IMG/VR virus record: IMGVR_UViG_2526164633_000017
Source: a virus
Lineage: Duplodnaviria > Heunggongvirae > Uroviricota > Caudoviricetes
Direction: 5' to 3' (one strand)
DNA: 43,220 nt
Shown: piece by piece, positions 1-10,941 of the stretch
Layout: every line of letters starts with the position of its first letter
Numbering within the stretch: the first letter of the stretch is position 1
Program-made: the position numbers and the translations under genes
The notes under the pieces: model-generated
Databases searched by the model: none
Seen by the model: the letters and a program-made list of their open reading frames with translations, nothing else
Told to the model about the DNA's origin: nothing

Positions 1-1008
1 AACATCCAGACCATGCCCCATGCTTATCCGACCAGTTCTAAGGTTAATCGTAAAGGGGCGTAATGGCCCTATATCACCATTTTCTCCCTCGTTCTCTCGT
101 GTAGGGATGATATGCAGGCATTCTTCAGAACGGCGAAAAATGGCACCAAAAGATGAATTAAATATCCTCAGTGCATTGACTGTCGATATTTTTACTTCAC
201 TGCTGAAAAGGGCTTTAACAAGAACAGACAAAGCATCCCATTTAAGATTCATCAGGTCTTTTGTTGTGGTGCTTTGTTTGCTTCTCCATTTGAAATATTC
301 ATTGCCGTTGTCGCCTGTTTCAAACCACATGTATGAATCAGTGTCGCTGTCGGCATCATTTTTAAAACCAATCTTCGCCCAGTCAGTATTTCGAATCCAG
401 GCAAGGATTGAGTCGTTTTCAAAAGTAAGTCCACCGGACAAGGTATCGCCTGTCTTTTGAACAGCGTTACCAGCCTTGTTTACCGTTTCCTGTAAACCGA
501 CGTTTTGGATAAACAGCGGCTTATTGGGAATATCTGCTCCGTTCCGGTCTTTTGCCAGACGAGCATTGGCATTATCCATCGCAATTTTCACCGCTTTTGC
601 GGTGGCTGCCAACGTTTCACTGGGGCTGTCAGTGGCACTGGTTAGCTGAACGAGTCCTTTTTTGTTCAGGCTGGCATCATAGATATCCAGATTTTCACGT
701 GCTGTACGCTGTGCTGATGCCCCGGCAGTTTTAATTTCGCTGAGGTTATTTTTTATCAGCAGCGCGTTATTGCTCATAATGGCTTTAATGGACAGTGCAA
801 GCTGGTTTAATTTTGTTTTATCCGGTTGAATACCGGCTTCTTCCAGCGTGTTTAATAACTCCGCCTGAACAATATTAAACCAGTCCATGCCGGGCCATGT
901 GATAACATTATTCCCGTCACCTTCTGAAAACCAGCGAACGATAGCACTACGCTGGGCGGATACGGGCGGCATGACGGTTACGCCGCTGTCGTTATCAATA
1001 TAAAACAT
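1..1008 (-). CDS. Tail fibre protein, N-terminal part (Mu S/gp49-like); partial, continues beyond window start
   Basis: Manual translation of minus strand from ATG at 1006-1008 gives 336 codons with no stop down to position 1 (MFYIDNDSGVTVMPPVSAQRSAIVRWF...). Start overlaps stop of upstream gene (TAATG). Absent from ORF track because no stop lies in the window. Confidence 0.7.
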   Translation of the reverse strand, partial: MFYIDNDSGVTVMPPVSAQRSAIVRWFSEGDGNNVITWPGMDWFNIVQAELLNTLEEAGIQPDKTKLNQLALSIKAIMSNNALLIKNNLSEIKTAGASAQRTARENLDIYDASLNKKGLVQLTSATDSPSETLAATAKAVKIAMDNANARLAKDRNGADIPNKPLFIQNVGLQETVNKAGNAVQKTGDTLSGGLTFENDSILAWIRNTDWAKIGFKNDADSDTDSYMWFETGDNGNEYFKWRSKQSTTTKDLMNLKWDALSVLVKALFSSEVKISTVNALRIFNSSFGAIFRRSEECLHIIPTRENEGENGDIGPLRPFTINLRTGRISMGHGLDV

Positions 1009-1550
1009 TAGTTATCTCCGTCATGGTAAACAAATTTATAAATCTGATGCGCGGGTTTATATTTCTCCAGTAAACATTCCAGCGCACCCGATTCATAAAC
1101 ACGTAACGGCGTCAGGACATTATCCAGCACCGTTGCGTTGCGATAATTTTTAATACCGTAAATATTGACCTGCGTAACCCACTGGCTTTCTGTGGAATCC
1201 GTCAGCCTGACGGTAAAACCGTACTGCGCAGCCAGCCATTCATAAAAGCGCCGACTCAGATTGCCGGTCATACGCATTTTATTCGCGGCAGCCCGCTGGC
1301 GTTCGGACAGGGTGCCGTTTTCGCTTGTACAGTCCGGCAACCCCAGAAATGATTCCCACTCCCCCAGATACCAGCGGGATGTGGACGGGAAACGCTCCCG
1401 CAGCATTTGCCGCGCATCATCCGCCGCACTGGCAATCACGTCACTGATGGCCTGCGCCAGCGCAGATAATTTGCTGTCGGGGCTTTTATTCCAGGCAAGC
1501 CCTGACGGCAGTAATTGCAGAAAGGCCGTCTGATAGGGTGTTACAGCCAT
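1008..1550 (-). CDS. Tail/baseplate protein (Mu gp48-like)
   Basis: 180-aa ORF, position immediately after baseplate J-like gene and before tail fibre; family resemblance by eye. Confidence 0.7.
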   Translation of the reverse strand: MAVTPYQTAFLQLLPSGLAWNKSPDSKLSALAQAISDVIASAADDARQMLRERFPSTSRWYLGEWESFLGLPDCTSENGTLSERQRAAANKMRMTGNLSRRFYEWLAAQYGFTVRLTDSTESQWVTQVNIYGIKNYRNATVLDNVLTPLRVYESGALECLLEKYKPAHQIYKFVYHDGDN

Positions 1551-2623
1551 TCAATTGTCCCCGGTGTTAACAGTTCCGTATTCTCCGAACGCTGGATCTC
1601 TGTCGGGAAACGCACTTCAAAATCATCCAGACCGGTAACACCTGCCACCGCACGGATAATACGGGAGGTGGCAAGTGCGCCGCCCGGCGTCACCTCATTA
1701 AAAAACATGGTATTAATGGCGTGGGTAATAGCCTGTTTCAGTTCGGCTGTCTTCGGTGATATATAAATCCGTGGATTTACCGGCTTTGCCTTTGGCGCAA
1801 ATACAGTGACATTTACACCGTCAGGCTGTCCGACAATCAGACCGGTGATCGGGTCAGTATGACCGGCGATATAATCCGCCACGCGTTCCACGTCTGCCGG
1901 TTGTGGAAAAATATTGCTCCGGTTATCCATAACAAACGTCACCCCGACTGTGCCACCGCCTTTCCATGTCGGAAAACACCAGGCACGGGTAACGCCGCTG
2001 ACTTCACGTGCCCAGCGGACGTAATCAAACTGATTACCGCCGAACGGAGGATACTGGACACGATATTCCAGCCGTGACAGCAGCTCCGCTGCACTCTCAA
2101 TATCAGCTCCACCGGAAAACCCTTTTACAGTGATGGCATCGGAAACAACACAGGCAACCGGGGTGATCAACGTTAAAAGGGTATTCTCACCGGTATTTCC
2201 TGCCTCACCGGCAGCCAGTGCGGTAACGGTAATTTCCGTCGTTCCTGCACGGTCAATCACAATGGCATCAGCCAGGCTGTAAACCACACCATCAGCACGC
2301 TGCCAGCGTGTACCGGCAGGAATGGTGGTCGCTGCCGATGTGGTGACAGTCAGCGGGCCGCTGGCGGCTGTCGCCTGTTTGCGGCGCACCCCCCAGAACC
2401 GGCAGTGCTCCAGCAACTCATCTTCATCTGCTGTCGACGGGATAATCTGCCGTCCAACCCATGAAATATGCTCGTGACAACCGGCAGCAAGGCCCGCCTG
2501 AGCATAAGCAATGGCACTCAGCGTTTTTTCACGGGCCTGAGGCCAGCTACCCGGCAGGCGCTGTTCAATATTCTGTTCTGTACGGGCAATCAGCGATGAT
2601 AATGTCGGTGGTGAATAAGCCAT
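1541..2623 (-). CDS. Baseplate J-like protein (Mu gp47-like)
   Basis: 360-aa ORF in conserved baseplate gene order; overlaps neighbours by a few nt (translational coupling). Confidence 0.8.
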   Translation of the reverse strand: MAYSPPTLSSLIARTEQNIEQRLPGSWPQAREKTLSAIAYAQAGLAAGCHEHISWVGRQIIPSTADEDELLEHCRFWGVRRKQATAASGPLTVTTSAATTIPAGTRWQRADGVVYSLADAIVIDRAGTTEITVTALAAGEAGNTGENTLLTLITPVACVVSDAITVKGFSGGADIESAAELLSRLEYRVQYPPFGGNQFDYVRWAREVSGVTRAWCFPTWKGGGTVGVTFVMDNRSNIFPQPADVERVADYIAGHTDPITGLIVGQPDGVNVTVFAPKAKPVNPRIYISPKTAELKQAITHAINTMFFNEVTPGGALATSRIIRAVAGVTGLDDFEVRFPTEIQRSENTELLTPGTIEWL

Positions 2624-3061
2624 TTAAACCCCGTTAAATGCTGCTTTAAACTCATAAGGAATAACGGAACCATCCGGTAATGTCAGTGCAATGTAGAGGT
2701 ATAACCAGCCCTGATGTAACTGTTCCGCCCTGACGTTAATCGCACTTACCCGGCCCGCTGTTTTCAGCCATTCCAGCGCCTCTTCGGCATACCCTCTGGC
2801 GCGTTCCAGCGTATCCGGTGTGGCTTTTTCACGTGATAACAGCCACAACCGCGAACCGATGGGGCGGTCGCGGTAACTGTCACCCCACCATCCACGGCGA
2901 TCATCTGAACCATCCGGCAGCGTGTCAGAATCCAGCGAGCGCCGGTCGGTAAACAGGGAGATTGTCACATCGGTTGTCAGGCTGTCGTCGGTCAGCATAT
3001 CAATGCCATCCTGTGCAATATCGCCGCGTCCGTTCGTCCAGATAATGGCTAAATCGGTCAT
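2624..3061 (-). CDS. Baseplate protein (Mu gp46-like)
   Basis: 145-aa ORF, acidic, in baseplate cluster. Confidence 0.7.
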   Translation of the reverse strand: MTDLAIIWTNGRGDIAQDGIDMLTDDSLTTDVTISLFTDRRSLDSDTLPDGSDDRRGWWGDSYRDRPIGSRLWLLSREKATPDTLERARGYAEEALEWLKTAGRVSAINVRAEQLHQGWLYLYIALTLPDGSVIPYEFKAAFNGV

Positions 3062-3651
3062 TGCATTGGCCCCGTGGTTCCGCCGCTATCGCCACGGTGG
3101 ATATGCTTATCCGTCGATTTGCCATTGATGATGGCATCCGGGGCAGTAATATTGCTGTCGAACTGGCTTTTACCTTTAACGCCCAGACCTTTCTGGATCT
3201 CAACGTCGCCGGTAAACGTGGTTCTGGGTGTGTCAACGGTCATACTTTCATCAGCGTAAACCTCAACCGTTTTACAGGTAATGATGCAGCGTCCGTCCTT
3301 TGTCAGCCTGATACGATGCCCCTCGTGGTGGTAAATGCCAGCATCACCCGGTTCAAGATTTGTCGGGCGGTAGCGGCGGTCTTCCACCACAACGGCAATC
3401 CCCTGATCACGTTGTGCACCCACACAGGCAATCAGCGCCTCTGCGCCCGGCAGAGGAACGCTGAAATGCCCGTAATTTTGCAGGCGCTCCACTTCATCAG
3501 ATTCCTCATCATCCAGCAGACCAACCTGCAGGTTCTGAACCTTTCGTCCGTCGTTAATCACGTTAACAACGGCACGCGCAAGCATCAGGCGCACACGACG
3601 CATCAGCGGCATCAGCAGGCGGTTCATGGCGGAATCATTTACTCTTTCCAC
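3058..3651 (-). CDS. Baseplate assembly protein V / spike (Mu gp45-like)
   Basis: 197-aa ORF in baseplate cluster, gene order. Confidence 0.7.
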   Translation of the reverse strand: MERVNDSAMNRLLMPLMRRVRLMLARAVVNVINDGRKVQNLQVGLLDDEESDEVERLQNYGHFSVPLPGAEALIACVGAQRDQGIAVVVEDRRYRPTNLEPGDAGIYHHEGHRIRLTKDGRCIITCKTVEVYADESMTVDTPRTTFTGDVEIQKGLGVKGKSQFDSNITAPDAIINGKSTDKHIHRGDSGGTTGPMQ

Positions 3652-4778
3652 GGCGGCGTTTTCTCCGGGTGTCTGCGATAATAATCTTCAACCAGCGCAT
3701 CAATACCGCCGTTACTGTCGCCGCCTTTCCTGTTTTTACGGTCGCTTTCAACCGGCACCAGAAAGCCTTCGCGTGGTGCAAGGCTGACGCGGGTTTTCAG
3801 CCCGTCCTGGTCATTCAGTATCAGGGTGACTTTGCTGACCAGTAATTCCGTGGTTTTGATGGCATATTTCGAGGCATCAATAGTGACCAGCAGGTTCGGC
3901 ATCCAGAGTTGCCCGTCCTTGCGAGTCCATCCGTCAATTTCTGCCTCAAAGGTGATGGATTTTGCCAGTCTGCGGCGTTGCTCACGCAGGGCGCGGGCCT
4001 GTGCATCCTTCGCCGTAATCTTGCTGTCAGCAATGATGATCATCGGTCTGTAACGGGTCACATCACTGTCAGTGGCGGTCCCTTTCCGGGAGACGATACT
4101 TTTCGCATCAATATCATCACCCTCAGCACCATTTGCGCGGGCATACCCCTTGACGGTGTATTCGCTGAACCGGTCGCGGAAGTCTTCCTCAAAATCCAGC
4201 GTCAGCAGATTTTCTCCGAGAACCAGCTCATCAGTGGCTGTGCTGGCAGCCCGGCTGAATACCAGCTCTCCGGCGGCATTGCTGGTCATCAGTACACCGC
4301 GTGCGCGGGAGGCACGCACCAGCGCCTCATAAACGGTTTCTGAATGGTCCAGCGTGAAGCCGGGAAAAGCTGCCGAACTTTCCTTATCGGAAAGCTCCCA
4401 GCGAACGGTAACGCCATAAGGAGCGCACAGGTCACGCGCAATCTGCTCCAGTGTGCGTTTTTTCCACTGTCCGCCACTGTAAACGGCAGCACAGTCAATC
4501 AGGTCAGCCGTTTTGTCACGTCCGGCGACAGTGATTTTCATACTGTCAGCGGTCATCTGGCGTCGCCGTGAATCGATATAACCGGTGCAGACAATCTGCC
4601 CCTCGATTTCGAGCGTGAACTTCTTCCCCGGAGCCAGCCCGGATAAATCCGTGCCCGGTGGCACGTTCACCCCCAGCTCAAAATATCCGGCTACGGATTC
4701 AATCGAGCGGGTGACAGAGACTGACGTCCAGCCGGTAAAAAGCCTGCCATCCGTTCGCAGCGTGACGGTATTACTCAT
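3639..4778 (-). CDS. Baseplate hub / late control D-like protein (Mu gp44-like)
   Basis: 379-aa ORF following the DNA circulation gene; order and size fit. Confidence 0.75.
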   Translation of the reverse strand: MSNTVTLRTDGRLFTGWTSVSVTRSIESVAGYFELGVNVPPGTDLSGLAPGKKFTLEIEGQIVCTGYIDSRRRQMTADSMKITVAGRDKTADLIDCAAVYSGGQWKKRTLEQIARDLCAPYGVTVRWELSDKESSAAFPGFTLDHSETVYEALVRASRARGVLMTSNAAGELVFSRAASTATDELVLGENLLTLDFEEDFRDRFSEYTVKGYARANGAEGDDIDAKSIVSRKGTATDSDVTRYRPMIIIADSKITAKDAQARALREQRRRLAKSITFEAEIDGWTRKDGQLWMPNLLVTIDASKYAIKTTELLVSKVTLILNDQDGLKTRVSLAPREGFLVPVESDRKNRKGGDSNGGIDALVEDYYRRHPEKTPPWKE

Positions 4779-5522
4779 TAATCACCTCAATACTGACACC
4801 ACCGGGAACAAACAACGGGTTGCTGATACCGTTCCTGCGGGCCAGCCGTTGCCAGTTCCGGCTGTTTCCTGTGTAACGGTACAGGGCCACCATTGCAGGC
4901 ATCGTCTCCGGCAGGCGGTGCGTTTCACTGCCCGCCAGTTGCAGCCCGCGTTTTTCCAGGTCGGCAACAACCAGCAGACGCAGTTGCGTAAGCTGAACGC
5001 TGTCTGTCGAAAAGCCCTGCTCAGATGCCGTCAGAATGACGGTATCCAGTGCAGCCCCCAGCATGGCGGCTGTTTTTCCGATATCGGACACACTTTCAAA
5101 TACCGGGGGCGTGGCTGTACCACTGTCTGAAAAGGATACCTGTGAAAAACCGCCGTCCGGGGTTATGGCAGTTAACTGTAACTGTCCCTGTGTGACGGTA
5201 GCGGATGTGCTGCTGGCCCCGATGGCTGTGCCGGTTGTGGTGGACGGGGCATCCAGTACAGGTGCACGGGCGGCATTATCCATCCGGCGACTGAAATCCA
5301 GTGCCGCAGTCAGTGCCTGGCTGGCAGCTTCTGCCCGGTATGTCTGCGCCGCTGCCAGCATGACGTAGTTCAGTGTGGCAATATTTTTTTCTGCAACCGG
5401 ACTGTTGTACGAGGTTGTGATTGTCCCCTGTCTGCCTGCGGTGGCAGCATGGCGACGTTCGAATCGCTGCGCCAGACGGTTCCATGTGGAAAATGCTGTC
5501 CGGGTATCGCATAACGATGAAA
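4771..5522 (-). pseudogene. DNA circulation protein (Mu N/gp43-like), C-terminal fragment, separated from its 5' part by IS66-family insertion
   Basis: ORF 4771..5361 is in-frame continuation up to the IS boundary at 5522; the N-terminal fragment lies at 7977..8720; combined length about 498 aa matches an intact gene. Confidence 0.75.
5515..5522. repeat. Target site duplication CGATGAAA (left copy) of IS66-family insertion
   Basis: Identical 8-mer CGATGAAA at 5515-5522 and 7977-7984 directly flanking the element ends. Confidence 0.85.
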
Positions 5523-5559
5523 GTAAGCGTGCAGCAAGAACCGTATTGACGGGGATGTG

Positions 5560-7098
5560 TTATTCAGTCGGCAGTGCTACGCGCCAGGGGAGCAGTTCGC
5601 CGACCCGGTTTATCGGCCAGTCGGCTATGACGTCAAGGACATAGCGGAGGTAGCTTTCTGGCTCCACTCCGTTCAGTTTGCACGTCCCGATCAGGCTGTA
5701 CAGCAGCGCTCCCCGCTCTCCTCCATGATCCGAACCGAAGAACAGGTAGTTTTTGCGGCCCAGACTGACCATCCGCAACGCATTTTCAGCGATGTTATTG
5801 TCCGCCTCAGCCCAGCCATCATCTGCATAGTACGTCAGCGCCGGCCACTGGTTCAGGGCGTATGCGAACGCTTTCGCCAGTTCTGAGTGTCGCGACAGGG
5901 TTTTCATCTTTTCACGCAGCCAGCTTTCCAGGGATTTCAGCAGCGGTTTCGTTTTCAACTGACGTTCGGCAAGGCGCTGCTCCGCCGTCATTCCCCTTAT
6001 CTCTGCCTCGATGGCGTACAGTTCGCCGATCCGTTTCAGCGCTTCCTCCGTCAGGGCTGACGGGGTGCGAACGTGCACATCGTGGATTTTACGGCGGGCG
6101 TGAGCCCAACAGGCGGCTTCCGTTATCCGGCCATCCCGGTACAGCTCGTTGAACCCGGCGTATGCATCCGCCTGCAGTACACCACTGAACCCCGCAAGAT
6201 GGGTCTGCGGATGGATGCCTTTTCTGTCCGGGCTGTAAGCGAACAACACCGCCGGCGCCAGCGTTGACCCGGCGTTACGGTCGTCACGAACGTAGGTCCA
6301 TAACCGCCCGGTCTTCGTTTTCTTATTGCCTGGCAACAGCACCGGGACAGGCGTGTCATCAGCATGGAGCTTACCGTCAGTCAGCACATAGTCCTGAAGC
6401 GCTTCTTCCAGCGGTGACAGTAGCCGGCAGCATGCATCCACCCAGCCCGACAGCAGTGAACGACTCAGCTCCACGCCCTGGCGGCCGTACATTTCAGACT
6501 GGCGGTACAGCGGGGTGTGCTCTGCATACTTTGAGATCAGCACGCGGGCCAGCAGCCCCGGTCCTGCGATACCCCGCTCGATGGGCCGTGAAGGCGCGGG
6601 GGCCTGCACGATGGCATCGCACTGAGTACAGGCATGCTTTTCACGTACAGTCCGGATAACCCGGAAGGCGCTGCGCATCAACTCCAGCTGTTCGGCGGCA
6701 TCCTCACCCAGATAGCTCAGTGAGCCTCCACATTCCGGGCAGCATGATGCTGCCGGCAGCAGCCGTTTTTCATCGCGGGGGAGTGATTCGGGGAACGGTT
6801 TGCGGGTGCGGGTTTGACGCAGCGGGCGCTGCACGGCCGGGTCGTCAACCCGACCGGTAAGGGTATCACTTTCTTTCTGAAGTGCCTTCAGGTCAGCTTC
6901 CATCTGTGCGATACGACGGGAGACTTTTTCGGAGCGGCTGCCGAAGTTCATCCGGCGCAGCTTATCCAGCTGTGCCTGCAGATGGTCTATTTCGCGTTCA
7001 CGCTCGTTCAGCTTTTCCAGCAGGGCACGGTTCAGCGCCTCCTGTTCGGCAAGGAGACGTTTCAGTGCATTGATATCGTCAGGAAGTGAGCTGCTCAT
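5560..7098 (-). CDS. tnpC: IS66-family transposase (large ORF)
   Basis: 512-aa ORF with N-terminal leucine-zipper-like region, CPECGG zinc-finger motif and DDE-type core; typical third ORF of IS66 elements. Confidence 0.8.
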   Translation of the reverse strand: MSSSLPDDINALKRLLAEQEALNRALLEKLNEREREIDHLQAQLDKLRRMNFGSRSEKVSRRIAQMEADLKALQKESDTLTGRVDDPAVQRPLRQTRTRKPFPESLPRDEKRLLPAASCCPECGGSLSYLGEDAAEQLELMRSAFRVIRTVREKHACTQCDAIVQAPAPSRPIERGIAGPGLLARVLISKYAEHTPLYRQSEMYGRQGVELSRSLLSGWVDACCRLLSPLEEALQDYVLTDGKLHADDTPVPVLLPGNKKTKTGRLWTYVRDDRNAGSTLAPAVLFAYSPDRKGIHPQTHLAGFSGVLQADAYAGFNELYRDGRITEAACWAHARRKIHDVHVRTPSALTEEALKRIGELYAIEAEIRGMTAEQRLAERQLKTKPLLKSLESWLREKMKTLSRHSELAKAFAYALNQWPALTYYADDGWAEADNNIAENALRMVSLGRKNYLFFGSDHGGERGALLYSLIGTCKLNGVEPESYLRYVLDVIADWPINRVGELLPWRVALPTE

Positions 7099-7146
7099 AC
7101 CGGGTATATTACCAGGCTCATTCAGCGTCGACCAGGATAAAGAGGC

Positions 7147-7494
7147 TTACAACATAGTCAGGGACGTAAGCAGTCTTTTAGGCTGCCGCCAGTCGATACC
7201 TTCCAGCAGCATCGCCAGCTGTGCCGGTGTGAGGAACACTTTGCCATCCCGGGCTGACGGCCAGGCGAAGCGGCCGCGCTCCAGCCGTTTGGTCAGCAGA
7301 CACAGTCCATCGCCGGTAGACCAGAGGAGCTTTACCTGACTGCCATTACGCCCACGGAAGATAAAAACGTGACCTGACATCGGATCGTCTTTCAGCGTCG
7401 TCTGCACCTTTGCCGCCAGGCCGTTGAAGCCGTTTCTCATATCGGTGATGCCAGCGACCAGCCAGATCTTTGTCCCTGATGGTAATGGGATCAA
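7147..7494 (-). CDS. tnpB: IS66-family accessory protein (Orf2/TnpB)
   Basis: 115-aa ORF MIPLPSGTKIWLVAGITDMRNGFNGL..., overlaps upstream ORF stop; IS66 second ORF. Confidence 0.8.
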   Translation of the reverse strand: MIPLPSGTKIWLVAGITDMRNGFNGLAAKVQTTLKDDPMSGHVFIFRGRNGSQVKLLWSTGDGLCLLTKRLERGRFAWPSARDGKVFLTPAQLAMLLEGIDWRQPKRLLTSLTML

Positions 7495-7895
7495 CGTTTG
7501 AGCTCCCGTATCAGCAGGTTCAGGATATTTTCGCTGATGGCACCATTCAGACGGAGTGATCCGTGCCGGAACGTCACTTCACAGCTGATATTGAGTGATT
7601 CAGGTGTCGCAGCAGCTACAGGTTGTGACCGGGGGGAGGTTGTAGGGACAACATCTTCGGCATCAAGTGTTATCGGGAGCAGCTCAGGCACGTTGTTTTC
7701 TGTTGTTGAAGGAGGACGTAGTTTTCCTTCGCGCCAGTACTGGCGCCACTTGAACAGCAAATTATCGTTGATCCCATGCTCACGAGCGAGTTGCGCTACG
7801 GAGATCTCTGGTCGATGCGAGAGTTCAACCATTTTGATTTTGAACTCAACGGGATAATTAGGGCTTTTTTTACGCACTGCGGTTAATGATTTCAT
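7491..7895 (-). CDS. tnpA: IS66-family accessory protein (Orf1/TnpA, HTH)
   Basis: 134-aa ORF with HTH-like segment (SVAQLAREHGINDNLLFKWRQ); first ORF of IS66 arrangement. Confidence 0.8.
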   Translation of the reverse strand: MKSLTAVRKKSPNYPVEFKIKMVELSHRPEISVAQLAREHGINDNLLFKWRQYWREGKLRPPSTTENNVPELLPITLDAEDVVPTTSPRSQPVAAATPESLNISCEVTFRHGSLRLNGAISENILNLLIRELKR

Positions 7896-7976
7896 GGATA
7901 GCGTCCACCATATTTGGTGTCCACTATTCTCTCAGGAATTTCAGGATCTGCCAGACGGTGCTGAGACGACGCTTAC

Positions 7977-7984
7977 CGATGAAA
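7977..7984. repeat. Target site duplication CGATGAAA (right copy)
   Basis: See left copy at 5515-5522. Confidence 0.85.
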
Positions 7985-8720
7985 CGCCGGACAGCGCCCC
8001 CATCAGCGAGGAGGCCAGCATGGCAGGCTGGTTAATCAGGCTGGTCACAGAGCCTTTCATCGCAGAAAGCGATCCCATCAGACCGCTGACAGTCTGCGTA
8101 ACCCCCAGATTGTCCACCGCATCACTGATATCATCGATGACACCGGTTACAGCTTCCATCACGGCGGTTGCCGCCGCAGTGCCATCTTTTACGGTCTGCC
8201 AGACAGAGGACAGCGTATCTCCCAGAGAACCGGTTACAGCAACGGCCTGTGCCGGTACGGCTGCACTGGTGTCTGTCTCTGCGTCCGGGGCAGTATCCTG
8301 CAACGACGGATAAACGGTAACGGTGAACGCGTAATAATTCAGTTCATCCGCTTTAGTGCGGCATTCCCATGAATCCACCATGACGTCCACAGTGCCGAAA
8401 TCAGGATGTACCAGCTCACCGCTACCCGGAGCATCAAGAGCATCCATCAGCGCACCCGCTTCATCTCTGGCTGTTTCTGCGTTGCTGTTCAGAATGCAGG
8501 CGCTGAATGTACGGGAGCGAAGCTTTTTCCCCAGGTCATTGACGCCGCCGGTATCACGTAACGGGTACTCGCGTTTAACCAGGCGACGTCCGCCAGCCTG
8601 TTTTTGCTCCTCGATGACGAGAAACGGCACGTTACGGAACGTGCCTTTGCCGGTTGTTTTCCTGCCTCCACCGGTTTTATCCCGGACAGCATTAACGACA
8701 TTTAAAGCATCTTCAAACAT
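7977..8720 (-). pseudogene. DNA circulation protein (Mu N/gp43-like), N-terminal fragment truncated by IS66-family insertion
   Basis: ORF 7941..8720 runs from its ATG into the IS right end and terminates 36 nt inside the element. Confidence 0.75.
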
Positions 8721-8724
8721 GGTT

Positions 8725-10797
8725 TTACCAGCCCGTAATGTAGTTATCGCCCGCGTAAATATTCAGCCCCATACCGTCCTCGGTGACGCGGGAACTGGTC
8801 AGACGTAACCCCTCGCCAAGTTCGACGCGCAGCGAGGCTTCCGCATTGACTTTTTGTTCCTGCGGTTCCTTATCCGTGGCCGTCCATTTCTGATACAGGT
8901 CGGTTACAAAACCGCCCAGATACTCCCCGGCGACACTGCCCAGCGTGGCACCGGCAACCGTACCCAGCGGTCCGGCAAGGCTGCCAACGGCACCGCCGAG
9001 CCATGCACCGGCTGTACTGCCAATTGCGCCTGCTTTTTCATGGGTTGACGCCTGCTCATCCATCAGGACGGGGGCAAGCTGGAGTGCCCCCATTACCGGG
9101 CCACCCAGACGTGACAACGCACGACCGGCACCTTTCCCCATCCAGCCCAGCGCCCCGGCACCTTTTGTCACAACCCGACCGATCGCACTGCCTGCAAGTT
9201 TGTTTCCGATACCGGAAAACCACCCGCCAGCGGCACGCCCGGCATCAGCCAGCTTTCCGACCGTTCCCGTAACCAGTTGCCCGGCAGCACTGCCTGCAAG
9301 CCTGCTCAGAAGACCGGATTTACCGGGTAAAGGTAATGGTGCAGGCCGTGCCGTTACCGGTACGCCGGGTGGGGGTAATGCCAGTACAGGGCGTGGTGCA
9401 GGTAATGCCAGCGGCTGTGGCCCGGACAGCAATAACGGCTGGCGGGGTAACAGCGGGGCCATTCTTCCGCCGCTCCGTACGCGACGACCGCCGCCACTCC
9501 CGTAGCCACCAAATCCACGGGGCCAGTTGATGACAAACACACGCTGAATGCCGATACCCTGCAACAGCGTCTCAGACGTCATGGCATCCGGGACCGGCAG
9601 CCCTGCCTGCCCACGTTTGCGGTTTCGCATCCAGCGCCACATACGACGCCCGGTTTTAAACGGATAACTGGCAACCTGCCATGAGGGTTTTGCCACGGCC
9701 CAGCCTGCTCTCAGGGCTTTATTGGCAAGCCAGACAGACACCAGAACAGCAGCCAGTTTTTTCAGGCTGACAATATTCTGGTCAACCCATGCCAGCGCAT
9801 CTTTACCCGGTTTCAGCCAGCGCCATAACTCCTGCGCCGCGATTTTTACCGTTCTGAACGTGGTCAGAAATTTCTGACCAATGTTTTCTGCCAGTGCGTC
9901 AAGTTCCCCGGATTTATCCGCCATGTCGTGCCAGTTAAGCACCCGGCGCATCTCGTTCTTGATTTCTTCAAAGGGGCCGCTGTTTGCCACCTTTATGCGA
10001 AATTCAAGCAGGTTGGCTTCCATCTGGGCGAACATCCCGTCCCAGGAGTTCATCGCACTGGCCTGTGCACCTTTTGACTGTTCTGACAGCGTTCTGAATA
10101 CCGTCAGAATGGATTTCAGGCCCAGCTTGCCCTTTGTACCCAGATCACGGATTTTTTTAACGTCCGTTCCCGTTGCATCCGCCAGCGCCTGATAAACGTT
10201 GATACCGTAACCGGTCAGCAGGTTGGCATCCGCCGCTGTGATTTGCTGGCGGGCAAACATCTGTTTCAGTTGCAGTGAGGCACCCTGGGCAGTGGGTAAA
10301 TCCCAGCCGTGCATGGCCCCCTGATCCTGCAACATGGTGATGAACTGTTTCGTCTGTTCATCCGTCATGCCGAAGCCTTTCGACGAACGGATCTCATCCA
10401 GAACACCACTCAGCCCCCACGTGGTGTCCTTCGCGTTCTGCTTTGCCCAGGCCATCATGGCCTGCGCTCTGACCTTATCGCCGTGATACAGCGAGTTCAT
10501 GGCGATGATCTGCTGCTCACGCTGGGCGGCTGCACCAATAAACAGTTTATTGGCGGTGTAACCCACGCCAGCGATACCCAGCGCCCCGGCTGACAGCATT
10601 CGGAATGTACGGGTTGACAGTGAACCCATTCTGTCAATGGCACCAGAAACGCGCACAACCTCCATACGCAGGGCACGAAGGGAACTTTGCCCGCTACGGG
10701 ACAGGGCGTTTATCTGGTTCGAATACTGGCGGGAACGCCGGGAAAGATTGCCATTAAGATCAATAATGACAGACGCCTTTAAGCGTTTCCCGGTCAT
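8725..10797 (-). CDS. Tail tape measure protein
   Basis: 690-aa ORF, Gly/Ala/Pro-rich C-terminal half, located between tail chaperone/tube genes and baseplate genes. Confidence 0.85.
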   Translation of the reverse strand: MTGKRLKASVIIDLNGNLSRRSRQYSNQINALSRSGQSSLRALRMEVVRVSGAIDRMGSLSTRTFRMLSAGALGIAGVGYTANKLFIGAAAQREQQIIAMNSLYHGDKVRAQAMMAWAKQNAKDTTWGLSGVLDEIRSSKGFGMTDEQTKQFITMLQDQGAMHGWDLPTAQGASLQLKQMFARQQITAADANLLTGYGINVYQALADATGTDVKKIRDLGTKGKLGLKSILTVFRTLSEQSKGAQASAMNSWDGMFAQMEANLLEFRIKVANSGPFEEIKNEMRRVLNWHDMADKSGELDALAENIGQKFLTTFRTVKIAAQELWRWLKPGKDALAWVDQNIVSLKKLAAVLVSVWLANKALRAGWAVAKPSWQVASYPFKTGRRMWRWMRNRKRGQAGLPVPDAMTSETLLQGIGIQRVFVINWPRGFGGYGSGGGRRVRSGGRMAPLLPRQPLLLSGPQPLALPAPRPVLALPPPGVPVTARPAPLPLPGKSGLLSRLAGSAAGQLVTGTVGKLADAGRAAGGWFSGIGNKLAGSAIGRVVTKGAGALGWMGKGAGRALSRLGGPVMGALQLAPVLMDEQASTHEKAGAIGSTAGAWLGGAVGSLAGPLGTVAGATLGSVAGEYLGGFVTDLYQKWTATDKEPQEQKVNAEASLRVELGEGLRLTSSRVTEDGMGLNIYAGDNYITGW

Positions 10798-10941
10798 AGA
10801 GATTTCCTGATTTAACGGTGATATTGAGAGAGGGTTTTAGCCTGCTGGCAGTGCCGGAAAAAGCGGGACAGCGGGAGAGACAAGGCCCATTCCGGGCCAC
10901 TTTTCAGAATAACGCCAATCGCTGTCGCCGCTTTCTCAATA

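Larger units (their letters stand above)
5523..7976 (-). mobile_element. IS66-family insertion sequence (2454 bp) carrying three transposase-associated ORFs
   Basis: Begins GTAAGCGT at 5523 and ends with its reverse complement ACGCTTAC at 7969-7976 (imperfect inverted repeat further inward); flanked by 8-bp direct duplication; contains IS66-type three-ORF arrangement. Confidence 0.85.

Noticed and set aside
20-734. Plus-strand ORFs 20..460 and 552..734 and minus ORF 252..434 at the window start
   Set aside because: The minus strand here encodes a continuous tail-fibre N-terminus (336 codons without stop); these ORFs are antisense or out of frame to it.
5862-6659. Plus-strand ORFs inside the IS66-family element
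   Set aside because: Antisense to the large transposase ORF; IS66 elements are not known to encode proteins on that strand.
8945-9542. Pro/Ala-rich ORFs on both strands inside the tape-measure gene
   Set aside because: Generated by the GC-rich, repetitive Gly/Ala/Pro-coding part of the tape-measure gene; no independent start signals.
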